Assembly: GCA_016202425.1 (NCBI GenBank)
Contig: JACQOS010000213.1
Span: 1 to 32,186 of the forward strand
Direction of reading: 5' to 3'
Length of the DNA stretch: 32,186 nucleotides
Source of the DNA: Chloroflexota bacterium
GTDB taxonomy: Bacteria; Chloroflexota; Dehalococcoidia; Lucifugimonadales; JACQOS01
In this document: positions 1-8,859 of the stretch, piece by piece
Position numbering within the stretch: position 1 is the first letter of the stretch
Layout of the letters: every line of letters starts with the position of its first letter
Program-made: the position numbers and the translations under genes
Notes under the pieces: generated by a model
Databases searched by the model: none
What the model saw: the letters and a program-made list of their open reading frames with translations, nothing else
Told to the model about the DNA's origin: nothing

Positions 1-47
1 CGTCAAAGGGGCTTCGCCCCTCTGGACTCCCCTTTTTCAGCAGCCTG
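1..47 (-). mobile_element. MITE copy 1 (partial, cut by window edge)
   Basis: Minus strand reads TAG|CAGGCTGCTGAAAAAGGGGAGTCCAGAGGGGCGAAGCCCCTTTGACG, matching the left end of the complete element at 22568-22709. Confidence 0.8.
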
Positions 48-84
48 CTACAGGGGCTGGCTGGACGCGGCCACCCTCCTGTCC

Positions 85-999
85 TTATTGGCTCCGCCCT
101 CGGACCACGGTTGCCCCCCGAGCCGTTGGCTGGGTGACCTTCACCGTACCGGAGACACCGAACCGCCGGGCCGCCTCCGCCATCTCGTACGCCACCGTCA
201 CCTCTCTGCCCTGGGTCAGGGCCAGCACCGTCGGCCCGGCCCCCGAGAGGAACGCTCCCAGGGCGCCCCCGTCCATCGCCGCCCGGAACAGGTGGCGCAT
301 GGCGGGGAAGAGCCTCTCGCGCGCCGGCTGGTGCAGCCTGTCCTGGGTCGCCCAGCGCAGCAGCTCCACCTTCCCCGTGGCCAGCGCGCTCACCAGCAGG
401 GCAACCCTTCCTGCATTATACACAGCGGCCTCGCGACTCACCTCGTCCGGGAGCACTGCCCTGGCCTCCACCGTGGGAAGCTGTGTGTCGGGGATGAAGA
501 GCACGGCGTGAAGGTCCGCCGGTAGAGGAACGGCGGCACGTACCCACTGGTCCCCCTCCGCGACCACGATCTGGCAGCCGCCAAAGAGGGCTGGCGTCAC
601 GTTGTCCGGGTGGCCCTCCAGGGCGATGGCGAGCGGCAAGAGCCGCTCCGGGTCGTCGGGCGGGTCTCCCGCCAGGGCCGCGGCCGCCACCAGCCCGCCG
701 ACGATGGCGGCGGCGCTGCTCCCCAGGCCGCGGGCCAGGGGAATCTCGTTGTGGCAGGCGATGGAGAGCGCCGGCATTGCCCGGCCCCGCTCGGTGTAGT
801 ACCTGGCCGCGGTGCGATAGACCAGGTTGCCCGGCCCGGTGCTGAGCTGCCCCGCGCCCTGGCCCGTCACCCTAACCCGCGACTTCTGGGCTACAGCTAT
901 CGTGACTTCGTTCCAGATGTCCAGGGCCATGCCCAGGCAGTCGAACCCGGGCCCCAGGTTCGCGGTGGTCGCCGGTACCCGAACGCTCACGCGCTCCAT
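85..999 (-). CDS. thrB: homoserine kinase
   Basis: VPATTANLGPGFD, IPLARGLGSSAAA (GHMP ATP loop), EGHPDN and LSGAGPT motifs; ATG at 999 has a GAGGGGG RBS, so the longer ORF start at 1119 is not used. Confidence 0.95.
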   Translation of the reverse strand: MERVSVRVPATTANLGPGFDCLGMALDIWNEVTIAVAQKSRVRVTGQGAGQLSTGPGNLVYRTAARYYTERGRAMPALSIACHNEIPLARGLGSSAAAIVGGLVAAAALAGDPPDDPERLLPLAIALEGHPDNVTPALFGGCQIVVAEGDQWVRAAVPLPADLHAVLFIPDTQLPTVEARAVLPDEVSREAAVYNAGRVALLVSALATGKVELLRWATQDRLHQPARERLFPAMRHLFRAAMDGGALGAFLSGAGPTVLALTQGREVTVAYEMAEAARRFGVSGTVKVTQPTARGATVVRGRSQ

Positions 1000-1146
1000 C
1001 GTCCCCCTCAAGGACACGTGGGTGTATGGTACCAGGATAGCATGGCCCGTGCCCAGGTTTGAGGCCAGCGCCGACATGACCCGCCGGGCCACCGAGGCCA
1101 GCGGAGGCTCTGCGGCCAACCCCTTCTGAATCGGCGGCGAGGGGAG

Positions 1147-1152
1147 TATAAT
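1147..1152 (+). promoter_or_regulatory. -10 box of tRNA-Pro promoter
   Basis: Perfect TATAAT 13 nt upstream of the tRNA 5' end. Confidence 0.55.
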
Positions 1153-1165
1153 CGAGCTCGGCCGT

Positions 1166-1240
1166 CGGGGCGTGGCGCAGCTCGGTCAGCGCGCAGCGTT
1201 CGGGACGCTGAGGCCGGCGGTTCAAATCCGCCCGCCCCGA
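1166..1240 (+). tRNA. tRNA-Pro (anticodon CGG), CCA not encoded
   Basis: Acceptor stem CGGGGCG/CGCCCCG+A, anticodon arm CAGCG-TTCGGGA-CGCTG, T-loop GGTTCAAATCC. Confidence 0.97.
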
Positions 1241-1278
1241 CATCGCCGCCTCCAGCGGCCTACGCTGCGTCCTTTCTC

Positions 1279-1306
1279 TTGACAGCCCAGGGCACCTGGA
1301 TATACT
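1279..1306 (+). promoter_or_regulatory. sigma70-type promoter of hydrolase/SBP/DUF1989 operon
   Basis: TTGACA-16 nt-TATACT about 50 nt upstream of ATG 1358. Confidence 0.65.
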
Positions 1307-1357
1307 GGCAGAACCCCCGAGGCCACGGCAAGCCCCATCCTGGGAATTCGAGGGGAA

Positions 1358-2026
1358 ATGAAACAGCTCCACCCCGTCCAGGCCAACCCGGCCAATGCCC
1401 TCCTCGTGGTGGTGGACGTGCAGAACGAGTTCGCCAAGGTGGGCGGCCTGGGCGGCGCCGCCAGTGGGCCCGTGACGGCCGCCATGGCCCGGGCCATGGC
1501 CCCGAAGGTCCGCGTCATTCAGGGCCTGGTGGAGAAGGCGCGGGCCTCCAGGGTCCAGGTGATGTACGTCCAGTCGGTGCGCACCCACCAGGAGCCGGAC
1601 TTCACCGTCTTCAACTACTCGCCCCGCTACCTGAAGGTGGGGAGCTGGGGGGCCCAGATCGTGGACGAGCTGAAGCCTCAGGAGGGCGACGTCGTCATCC
1701 AGAAGTTCTGCCACGACCCCTTCCACAGGACCAACATTGACCAGGTGCTGGCGCGCCTCGTCCCCGACCCCACGAGGCATATCGCCATCGTCACGGGCGG
1801 AGGGATCAACGTCTGCGCCTATCACGCCGTCATGGGCTTCTACTTCCGCAACTACTGGACCGTGGTGCCCGTGGACGCCGTGTACGGCAACGAGGAGGGG
1901 ACGCGCCTTGCCCTGGAACAGTTCTCAGGTGCCGCGTACCCCAACATCTTCCTGTCCCGCTCGGACCTGGTCCAGTTCTCAGGCGACCGCGAGGCCGGCG
2001 TACGCGACCTCGTTCCCAACACCTAG
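1358..2026 (+). CDS. isochorismatase-like cysteine hydrolase
   Basis: VVDVQNEF (Asp), IQKFCHDPF (Lys), GGGINVC (Cys) catalytic triad; GSWGAQIVDELKP motif; GAGGGG RBS. Confidence 0.9.
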   Translation: MKQLHPVQANPANALLVVVDVQNEFAKVGGLGGAASGPVTAAMARAMAPKVRVIQGLVEKARASRVQVMYVQSVRTHQEPDFTVFNYSPRYLKVGSWGAQIVDELKPQEGDVVIQKFCHDPFHRTNIDQVLARLVPDPTRHIAIVTGGGINVCAYHAVMGFYFRNYWTVVPVDAVYGNEEGTRLALEQFSGAAYPNIFLSRSDLVQFSGDREAGVRDLVPNT

Positions 2027-2044
2027 CGGTAGACGGAGACCACC

Positions 2045-3724
2045 ATGGGAAGGACAAGGCTCTTGCTGGGCTGTCTAGCTTCGGCGCTCTTGTTGCTGGC
2101 GTTGGTGGGCTGCGGCGCCGCCGAGGCGCCAACGGCGACCCCCGCGCCGACGCCCACCCCCATCGTTGCCCAGCCCAAGTACGGCGGTGTCATGAACGTT
2201 GCGCAGCGGGGCGACCCGGCTAGCTGGGACCCCATGGCCATCAACATCTTCACCGCCGTGGGCCTCAGCCACCCCCTGTACGGCGAGGGCAACCTGGTGA
2301 AGAACTGCCGCGACAATATCTACCAGGTCTGCCCCTCCCTGGCCGAGCGGTGGGAGGCCAACGCCGACTTCACCCAGTGGACCTTCAAGATCAGGGACAA
2401 CGCCTACTGGCACGACGGCAAGCCCTTTACCGCGGAGGATGCCAAGTTCTGGGTCGACCTCTCGGTCAACGGCGCCCCTCCCGATCGGAAGCCGGCCTAC
2501 TTCAAGGCCAACTTCGACCCGCTGGTCAAGACGGAGGCCCTGGATGGTAACCGCTTCCGCGTCACCCTGGCCAAGCCGCGGCCTGGCTACCTGGAGGCCC
2601 TTATCGAGATCGGCAACCAGATCGCCCACCCCAAGCACCTGGTCGAGCCGGAGCTCCAGAAGGGGAACAAGACCGTGGGCCCCCAGGAGATCAACTGGGT
2701 CGCCACCGGCCCCTTCAAGATGCTCAAGTACGACAAGGGGGCCGTGGTCCAGTACCGGAAGTTTGATAAGTACTGGGAGAAGGACGAGCGGGGACGCCAG
2801 CTCCCCTTCCTGGACGGCATTGACTTCCCCATCATCAAGGAGCCGTCCGCCATGGTGGCTGCCTTTCGGACGGGCAGGATCGACACCACGGCCAAGGGCA
2901 GCGGCTTCCACCTGACGCCCGAGGCCAAGGACCAGATCGCCAAGGACCTGGGAGACAAGGTCTACTTCGTCAACATCCCGTACCTGGCCGAGTCCATCAC
3001 TCCCAACTCCCTGCGCACTCCCTGGAACGACGTCCGCCTCCGCAAGGCCCTCTCCCTGTATATGGACCGGCAAGCAGGGATCCAGAGCATCTACGGCGGG
3101 TTCGCCGAGTTGAGCACCTTCTGGGCCCCCAACTCCCCCTGGGTCAACCCCGACTTCCGGACCTGGCCCGGCTACAACCCCGCCACCAAGGAGAAGGACC
3201 GCGCCGAGGCGAAACGCCTGCTGACCGAAGCCGGGTACCCCAACGGTTTCAAGACTACCCTCATGTGCCGGGACCTGTGGGTCAAGTGGTGTGAGTTCCT
3301 GGAAGGCCAGCTCACCGGACTCCTGGGCCAGGGCAACGTGACCATCGACGTGGTAGACACGGCGAAACGAGGGGCACGCATCGCCACGGGCGATTTCGAC
3401 ATCCACCCCGACAGCTACTTCTCCCTCTTCCCCACGGAGGGGGTCTCCGACTTCCTCACCACCAACCCCAACGCCGATGTCAAGCACAACGACAAGAAGG
3501 TGGACGAGTACTTCGACCGCCTCCTGACCGTCACGTCGTTCGAGGAGAAGGTGAAGCTGAGCCGGGAGATCGAGCGGTACATCCTCCAGCAGCAGTACCT
3601 CACGACGTACACCTGGTACCAGTGGGCTGTGCTGGCCTTCCGCTCCTACGTCAAGGGCGTCGCGTTCCCGGCGCAGAACTCGGCCCTGCTCACCGATTTC
3701 GTGACCACCTGGATGGACAAGTAG
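2045..3724 (+). CDS. ABC transporter substrate-binding lipoprotein, family 5 (Opp/Dpp/NikA-like)
   Basis: Lipobox LVGC, PTATP linker, PKYGG, P-LAERW, WHDGKPFTAED, GPF, DVRLRKAL, AKRLLTEAGY. Confidence 0.92.
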   Translation: MGRTRLLLGCLASALLLLALVGCGAAEAPTATPAPTPTPIVAQPKYGGVMNVAQRGDPASWDPMAINIFTAVGLSHPLYGEGNLVKNCRDNIYQVCPSLAERWEANADFTQWTFKIRDNAYWHDGKPFTAEDAKFWVDLSVNGAPPDRKPAYFKANFDPLVKTEALDGNRFRVTLAKPRPGYLEALIEIGNQIAHPKHLVEPELQKGNKTVGPQEINWVATGPFKMLKYDKGAVVQYRKFDKYWEKDERGRQLPFLDGIDFPIIKEPSAMVAAFRTGRIDTTAKGSGFHLTPEAKDQIAKDLGDKVYFVNIPYLAESITPNSLRTPWNDVRLRKALSLYMDRQAGIQSIYGGFAELSTFWAPNSPWVNPDFRTWPGYNPATKEKDRAEAKRLLTEAGYPNGFKTTLMCRDLWVKWCEFLEGQLTGLLGQGNVTIDVVDTAKRGARIATGDFDIHPDSYFSLFPTEGVSDFLTTNPNADVKHNDKKVDEYFDRLLTVTSFEEKVKLSREIERYILQQQYLTTYTWYQWAVLAFRSYVKGVAFPAQNSALLTDFVTTWMDK

Positions 3725-3767
3725 CCGGCACCGGCGGCAAAATGGCTCGAAACGCGGAGGTCACAGG

Positions 3768-4412
3768 ATGGTAAGAGCGCGAAACCTGGTTCACGAGGAG
3801 GTCATCCCCTACAATACCGGACGCGCCTTCCAGCTCCGGAAGGGGCAGTCCATCCGCATCATCGGGCGCACCACCGTGGACTTCGTTGTCCTCAACCTCC
3901 ATAACCTGAGCGAGCGGTTCGACCAGGGGCGGACCAAGGCCAACCAGGCCAAGATTTTCCTCACCAAGGGGGACGTCCTGTTCTCCAAGCACAACAACGT
4001 GATGATGACCATTCTGGAGGACACCTTCCCCGGCCACCACGACCTCCAGAAGGGGATGTGCAGCCGCAAGCGCCACGAGATGGTCTTCCGGGGAGAGGCC
4101 AAGCGGGTCCACTGGGGAGGAAAGCAGCTCAACCCCCAGCGGTTTGAGGACATCCCTCCCCGAGGGTGCTGGGAGAACCTCTCGGAGGCCCTGAAGCCCT
4201 GGGCTATCAGCGCCGACGATGTCCCCAACCCGTGGAACATCTTTCAGAACATGCGCATCGACGGCCAGACGGGCCAGATGTGGTGGGACCACCTGGAGCT
4301 GGACAAGGATGCCCACGTGGAGCTCAGGGCGGAGATGGACCTCCTGGTAGCGGCCAGCCACTGCCCGGGGGGCGTCGGGCGCACCACCCACGTTCAGGTC
4401 TACGGCCCCTGA
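3768..4412 (+). CDS. DUF1989 / urea-carboxylase-associated family protein
   Basis: AFQLRKGQSIRI, VDF, HDL..GMCS, GCWENL, PNPWNIFQN, VELRAEMDLLVAASHCP. Confidence 0.88.
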   Translation: MVRARNLVHEEVIPYNTGRAFQLRKGQSIRIIGRTTVDFVVLNLHNLSERFDQGRTKANQAKIFLTKGDVLFSKHNNVMMTILEDTFPGHHDLQKGMCSRKRHEMVFRGEAKRVHWGGKQLNPQRFEDIPPRGCWENLSEALKPWAISADDVPNPWNIFQNMRIDGQTGQMWWDHLELDKDAHVELRAEMDLLVAASHCPGGVGRTTHVQVYGP

Positions 4413-5537
4413 GCCCGCGGGCCCGAGGACTGCCGCTCCTTCTCGCCCAGCGCCGACAGCAGATAGGCCTCCAGCAACGGGTCCAGGTCACCGTCTAGCA
4501 CGGCGTTGGCATCGGAGGTCCCATACCCTGTCCGGTGGTCCTTCACCAGCTTGTAGGGGTGGAGGACGTAGCTCCGGATCTGGTTGCCCCACTCGGCGGA
4601 GACGTGCTCCCCCTTGAGCCTGGCCTGCTCCTTTGCCCGGCGCTTCAGCTCCAGCTCCATGAGGCGCGCCCTGAGGACATTGAGGGCACTCTCCTTGTTC
4701 TGGAGCTGGGAGCGCTGGTTCTGGCAACTGGCGACTATGCCCGTGGGCAGATGGGTGATGCGCACCGCCGTGGCGGTCTTCTGCACGTTCTGGCCCCCAT
4801 GGCCGCCCGCTCGGAACACCTCGACGCGCAGGTCGTCGGGCTTGATGAGGATGTCCACTTCCTGCTCCGCCTCCGGCATGACCTCCACCAGGACAAAGGA
4901 GGTGTGACGGGCGTGGGCTTCGTCGAAGGGCGAGATGCGCACCAGCCGGTGGACTCCCTTCTCTCCCTTGAGCCACCCGTACGGGTACGCGCCAGCGACT
5001 TCTAGCGTCGCGCTCTTGATGCCCGCCTCTTCCCCCTCGGACGTGTCCAGGACCTGGGCCGCGAACCCCCTCCGCTCGGCCCACCTCAGGTACATGCGCA
5101 GGAGCATCTGGGCCCAGTCCTGGGACTCCGTGCCGCCAGCGCCGGCATGGACGGCCAGGATCGCCGTGCGGCCATCGTAGGGCCCGGCGAAAAGGAGCTG
5201 GCGCTCCAGTTCGTGGACCCGAGCCTCCAGGTCCCCCGCCTCCTCCGCGAAGGTCTCCTCCAGGGAGGTATCCCCCTCACGGAGGGAGACCTCCGTCAGC
5301 TCGGACAGGGCCGAGGCCCGCTCGTGGAGGCCCCGCCACGTCTCTACCGTGTCGCGGACGCTCGCCAGGCGGCGCATCACCTCCTGGGCCTGCTGGGGCT
5401 GCCCCCAGAGCCCGGGCGCAGCCGCACGCCGCTCCAGGTCCTGTATCTCCCGGTCCTTGGCTTCCAGGTCAAAGACGCACCTGCATGTCAAGGATCCGCT
5501 GGATCAAACGCTCGGCACGGTCTCTTAGCTCCTGCAT
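4400..5537 (-). CDS. prfB: peptide chain release factor 2 (programmed +1 frameshift)
   Basis: Frame 0 MQELRDRAERLIQRILDMQVRL ends CTT TGA C; +1 frame continues DLEAKD with SPF (RISPFD) and GGQ motifs; AGGTAGGTGG RBS before ATG 5537. Confidence 0.95.
5468..5483 (-). promoter_or_regulatory. prfB +1 frameshift site with internal SD-like sequence
   Basis: Minus strand CAGGTG-CGT-CTT-TGA-C resembles the canonical AGGGGG-TAT-CTT-TGA-C. Confidence 0.92.
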
Positions 5538-5556
5538 GGCTCACCACCTACCTGTT

Positions 5557-6297
5557 TCAACCATCTTCAGACAGCAGGCGCCCCTGCTGGATCGGCACAG
5601 GCCCATCAGAGGGGCCTGGCCCCCGTTCCAAGAGCTTGCCGGCGGCGGCCAGGTGGGCCAGCCGGGTCGGCTCTGGCACCCTGTAGCCAGCGCAACAGGC
5701 CAGCACCCACCGTACGGCATCCCTCAGGTCTATCTTGTGGCCAACGGAAACGTACAAGGGGCTGGTCGCGTCTCGGGTGCGTACCGCCGCGCCCACCACC
5801 TCCCCTCTGTCCTCCAGCGGGACCCATGCCCCTCGCTCCGGGGCCAGCGGCCCGTGGCGGCCACAGAGGATGGACTTGGCGCATCCTGCGGCCGGCACCT
5901 CTGCCAGCAGCCCCAGATGGCAGGCCAGGCCGAAACGGCGTGGGTGTGCCAGGCCATGGCCGTCGGCCAGGAGGAGGTCCGGCGTGACGCTCAGCCGCTC
6001 CAGGGCCGCCAGTACCAGGGGCGCCTCCCGAAAGGAGAGCAGCCCTGGAATGTACGGGAAGCCCGGCTTCCCTTCAGCAGTCCTCACCTCCGCGACGCGC
6101 AACTCCGGGAACGACAGCACCACCGCGGCCCCTCGCACCCTCCCGTTCCCGTCCGGCGGCGAAAGGTCGGTGCCGGCCACGTACCGGGGCGGTTGGGCCA
6201 GGGGGCTGTCCCGGGATACCTGGCGCGCCAGGCGCCGCTGCAGGGCCTGCGCCTCTTCGACCGACAGTTGCCAAGGGTGGAGTCGAAGCACCTTCAC
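5557..6297 (-). CDS. nfi: endonuclease V (deoxyinosine 3' endonuclease)
   Basis: FPYIPGLLSFRE, DGHGLAHPRRFGLACHLG, GCAKS, YVSVGH, YRVPEPTRLAH. Confidence 0.95.
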   Translation of the reverse strand: MKVLRLHPWQLSVEEAQALQRRLARQVSRDSPLAQPPRYVAGTDLSPPDGNGRVRGAAVVLSFPELRVAEVRTAEGKPGFPYIPGLLSFREAPLVLAALERLSVTPDLLLADGHGLAHPRRFGLACHLGLLAEVPAAGCAKSILCGRHGPLAPERGAWVPLEDRGEVVGAAVRTRDATSPLYVSVGHKIDLRDAVRWVLACCAGYRVPEPTRLAHLAAAGKLLERGPGPSDGPVPIQQGRLLSEDG

Positions 6298-6424
6298 GGA
6301 GCCGACGCCTCTCGCCTCTCAAACAGCCAGGGGCAGGAACAGCCTCATCATAGCAAGGGCGTCCCACGACGTACAGGGCGGTGAGTCCGATGGGCCGCTG
6401 CCGTCCTGTCCACCGGCGGCGCCT

Positions 6425-7231
6425 CTACTGCTGGGCGAGGAGGGAGGTTACCAGGAAGACGAGCACGCCCAGCAGCACGTACAGAAAGCCTATGCGCGAC
6501 TCCCGGACTCCTGTGGCCGGTATGAGGTCCACCGCGGCGATATACAGAAAGCTTCCGGCAGAGAGGGCCAGGAAAGAGGCCGTCGCCAGCGGATATGACC
6601 CCTTCAAGAGAAAGGGCAACGGTATTGCCACCATGGTCGCCAGCCCGATGCTGGCACCGGCCAGAACGGCAGTCTTTCGCCTCCGTCCAGAGGCCAGGGC
6701 GATGGTGCTGATGGCCGCACCCGCTGGCACCTCGTGGAGGACGACGGCCAGAAAGACCAGCAGCCCCAGGGAGGCACTGGCGGCGAACCCAGCGCCTATG
6801 GCCAGCCCATCGATGAAGTCGTGGACGTTGAAGCCAATCATCGCAGCCAGCCCGGCGTGGGCGCTGATGGGAATGGCCTGCGGATGCAATAGCTCCGCCA
6901 CCAGCGTGTGCTCCATGGGCGGGTCCGCAGGGGCCGGCTGAGGGCGTCCGTGGGCGCCGGGGGGTTCGTGGGCGTGGCCTGCGAAGACCTGCTCGATCAC
7001 GTAGATGAGCAGGAACCCCGCTCCCACCAGAAAAGGCATCCACCATGGGGCACCCTCCAGGCTTTCCGGGATCATCTCCAGCAGGCTTGCTGCCAGCATG
7101 AACCCACCGGCAAAGCCCAGGAACCCCAGGGCGCGTTTGCCGCCCGACCGCGTGCCAGACACGGCGAGCCAACTGCCAATGACGTTGGCTACCAGGGTGA
7201 CCAGTCCCAGCGCGAGAGCCCAGCCCAGCAA
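6425..7231 (-). CDS. ZIP family divalent metal transporter
   Basis: About 8 TM segments, GFAGGFML..SLLEMIPES, His-containing loop, HDFIDG and HEVPAG metal motifs, LSAGSFLYIA. Confidence 0.9.
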   Translation of the reverse strand: MLGWALALGLVTLVANVIGSWLAVSGTRSGGKRALGFLGFAGGFMLAASLLEMIPESLEGAPWWMPFLVGAGFLLIYVIEQVFAGHAHEPPGAHGRPQPAPADPPMEHTLVAELLHPQAIPISAHAGLAAMIGFNVHDFIDGLAIGAGFAASASLGLLVFLAVVLHEVPAGAAISTIALASGRRRKTAVLAGASIGLATMVAIPLPFLLKGSYPLATASFLALSAGSFLYIAAVDLIPATGVRESRIGFLYVLLGVLVFLVTSLLAQQ

Positions 7232-7280
7232 CGCCTATTCCTGCTCTGAAGCTCGTGCCCAAAGACGCACTTCAACAGCT

Positions 7281-7309
7281 AGCATCAACACCTCGGCGGA
7301 GAATGTCAA
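7281..7309 (-). promoter_or_regulatory. possible promoter of ZIP gene
   Basis: TTGACA-17 nt-GATGCT on minus strand; weak -10. Confidence 0.35.
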
Positions 7310-7399
7310 GGCTTCAGGGGACAGCACCCGTACCATGCCGGCGGGCATCCTCTCTCCTGGGACTCCCGCCGTCCGGTTCCCTCCGATGCGAGCTACAGT

Positions 7400-8551
7400 T
7401 TAGCCCCGCTGGCCGATGGGGACAAAGGGGAGGTCCATGGGGCCCGTGTACTCCAGGAGGGGCCGGATAAGCATGTTGTTGGTGTACTGCTCCACCACCT
7501 GCAGGGTCCACCCAGGGATGCGGCCCAGGGCGAAGATGGAAACGAAGAGGTCTTCCGGGATCCCCAGCAAGTAGTAGATGGAGCCGGCATAGAAGTCCAC
7601 GTTGACGTAGATCCCCTTGGCCCGGTACGGGAACATGATCTCATCTTCAAAGCGCTGGAGGATCTGGAACCACTGGGGCTGCCCCTTCACCTCACCCAGC
7701 CGGCGGGAGCGTTCCCGCAGGTGCCGGGCCCTGGGGTCCTCGGCCTTGTAGACCCGGTGCCCGAAGCCCATGACGCGGTCCCCCCGCGAAAGAAGCGCGT
7801 CGGCGTAGGCCCGGGCGCGCTCAGGGTCGGCCACCTCTTTCACCATCTTCATGACCTCTTCCGCAGCGCCCCCGTGGGCAGGGCCCTTCAGGGCACCTAT
7901 GGCAGCCACCACCGCCGAATGGAGGTCGCTCAGGGTGGAGGCAACGACCCGGGCGGTAAAGGCGGAGGCGTTGGCGCCGTGCTCGGCGTGGAGGATGAAG
8001 TCCACGTCCATGACGCCGGCAGCCTCTTCGTCGGGCTCCTTGCCGAACAGCATGTACAGGAAGTTGCCCGCATGGTTGAGCTTGGGGTTGGGCTCCACCG
8101 GGCGAAGGCCCTTGCGGATCCGCTCAAGGGCAGCCACGATCGTCGGCGCCTGGGCGGTGAGACGGAGGCCCTTGCGGACAAGCGCCTCCTTGGAGTTGTC
8201 CTTCACCTCCGGGTCGAAGGCCGCCAGCGCCGACACCGCCGTACGCAGCACATCCATGGGGTGAGCGTCCTTGACCCGCTGGATGATCTCCACCACCCCC
8301 CGAGGAATCGACCGCTCGGCCCGGAGGCCAGCGTCAAACGCCTCCAGCTCCCTTGGCGTCGGCAGCTTCCCACGGAGCAGCAGGTAGACCACCTCTTCAA
8401 ACGTGGACTGCTCCGCCAAGTCGTGGATGTTGTACCCTCGATAAAGCAGCTTCCCTACGCCGCCGTCTATGAAGCTGGCCTCTGTGGTGTCCAGATAGAC
8501 GTCTTTCAGGCCCCTTCGCAGCTCCACCTTCCTCGCCGTTGTCATGGTCAC
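7400..8551 (-). CDS. gltA: citrate synthase (or 2-methylcitrate synthase)
   Basis: GKLLYRGY, HPMDVLRT, HAEHGANAS, GPAHGGA, MGFGHRVYKAEDPR, NVDF; AAGGAGG RBS before GTG 8551 (ATG 8545 is an alternative). Confidence 0.9.
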   Translation of the reverse strand: MTMTTARKVELRRGLKDVYLDTTEASFIDGGVGKLLYRGYNIHDLAEQSTFEEVVYLLLRGKLPTPRELEAFDAGLRAERSIPRGVVEIIQRVKDAHPMDVLRTAVSALAAFDPEVKDNSKEALVRKGLRLTAQAPTIVAALERIRKGLRPVEPNPKLNHAGNFLYMLFGKEPDEEAAGVMDVDFILHAEHGANASAFTARVVASTLSDLHSAVVAAIGALKGPAHGGAAEEVMKMVKEVADPERARAYADALLSRGDRVMGFGHRVYKAEDPRARHLRERSRRLGEVKGQPQWFQILQRFEDEIMFPYRAKGIYVNVDFYAGSIYYLLGIPEDLFVSIFALGRIPGWTLQVVEQYTNNMLIRPLLEYTGPMDLPFVPIGQRG

Positions 8552-8603
8552 GCCAACCTCCTTCGACCTTCAGAACGCTCTTTGCTTCTCGGCTCCACAT
8601 GAC

Positions 8604-8637
8604 TGGGGCTCGGAAGCGTTGCCGCTTCCGAGCCCCA
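8604..8637. repeat. perfect 15-bp inverted repeat in citrate synthase leader
   Basis: TGGGGCTCGGAAGCG-TTGC-CGCTTCCGAGCCCCA; GCAA (GNRA) tetraloop on the minus/sense strand; no U-tract. Confidence 0.8.
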
Positions 8638-8749
8638 TAGCACCTACTTCCTGGGACACGAAAGGCCGTACCCCAGGTACCTAGCCTCGTAGCTAATGGC
8701 CACTTCGGAATGCACTGGGCCCCATTCCGAAAAACGTGAACTCAAGTCC

Positions 8750-8779
8750 ATACTATCAGGGCGGTATCCGCAGTGTCAA
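8750..8779 (-). promoter_or_regulatory. promoter for citrate synthase
   Basis: TTGACA-18 nt-TAGTAT with TGn extension. Confidence 0.6.
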
Positions 8780-8810
8780 CAAACGGGCTGGAAAGGGCGG
8801 GACCTCGCCA

Positions 8811-8819
8811 TGGTACAAT
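8811..8819 (+). promoter_or_regulatory. extended -10 for ctpA-smpB
   Basis: TGG-TACAAT about 40 nt upstream of the likely start, divergent from the gltA promoter. Confidence 0.5.
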
Positions 8820-8859
8820 ACGTGCGTTGACCTGCCCGGAGCGTTTATCTCTCTTGCCA

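Noticed and set aside
1307-1357. Guanidine riboswitch upstream of the hydrolase/DUF1989 operon
   Set aside because: Only one weak ACGG-containing stem in a 50-nt leader; no paired ACGR hairpins or ykkC core
8660-8695. Guanidine-II-like ACGA/ACGG loops in the gltA leader
   Set aside because: Second stem pairs poorly, the site is far from the RBS, and the gene context does not fit
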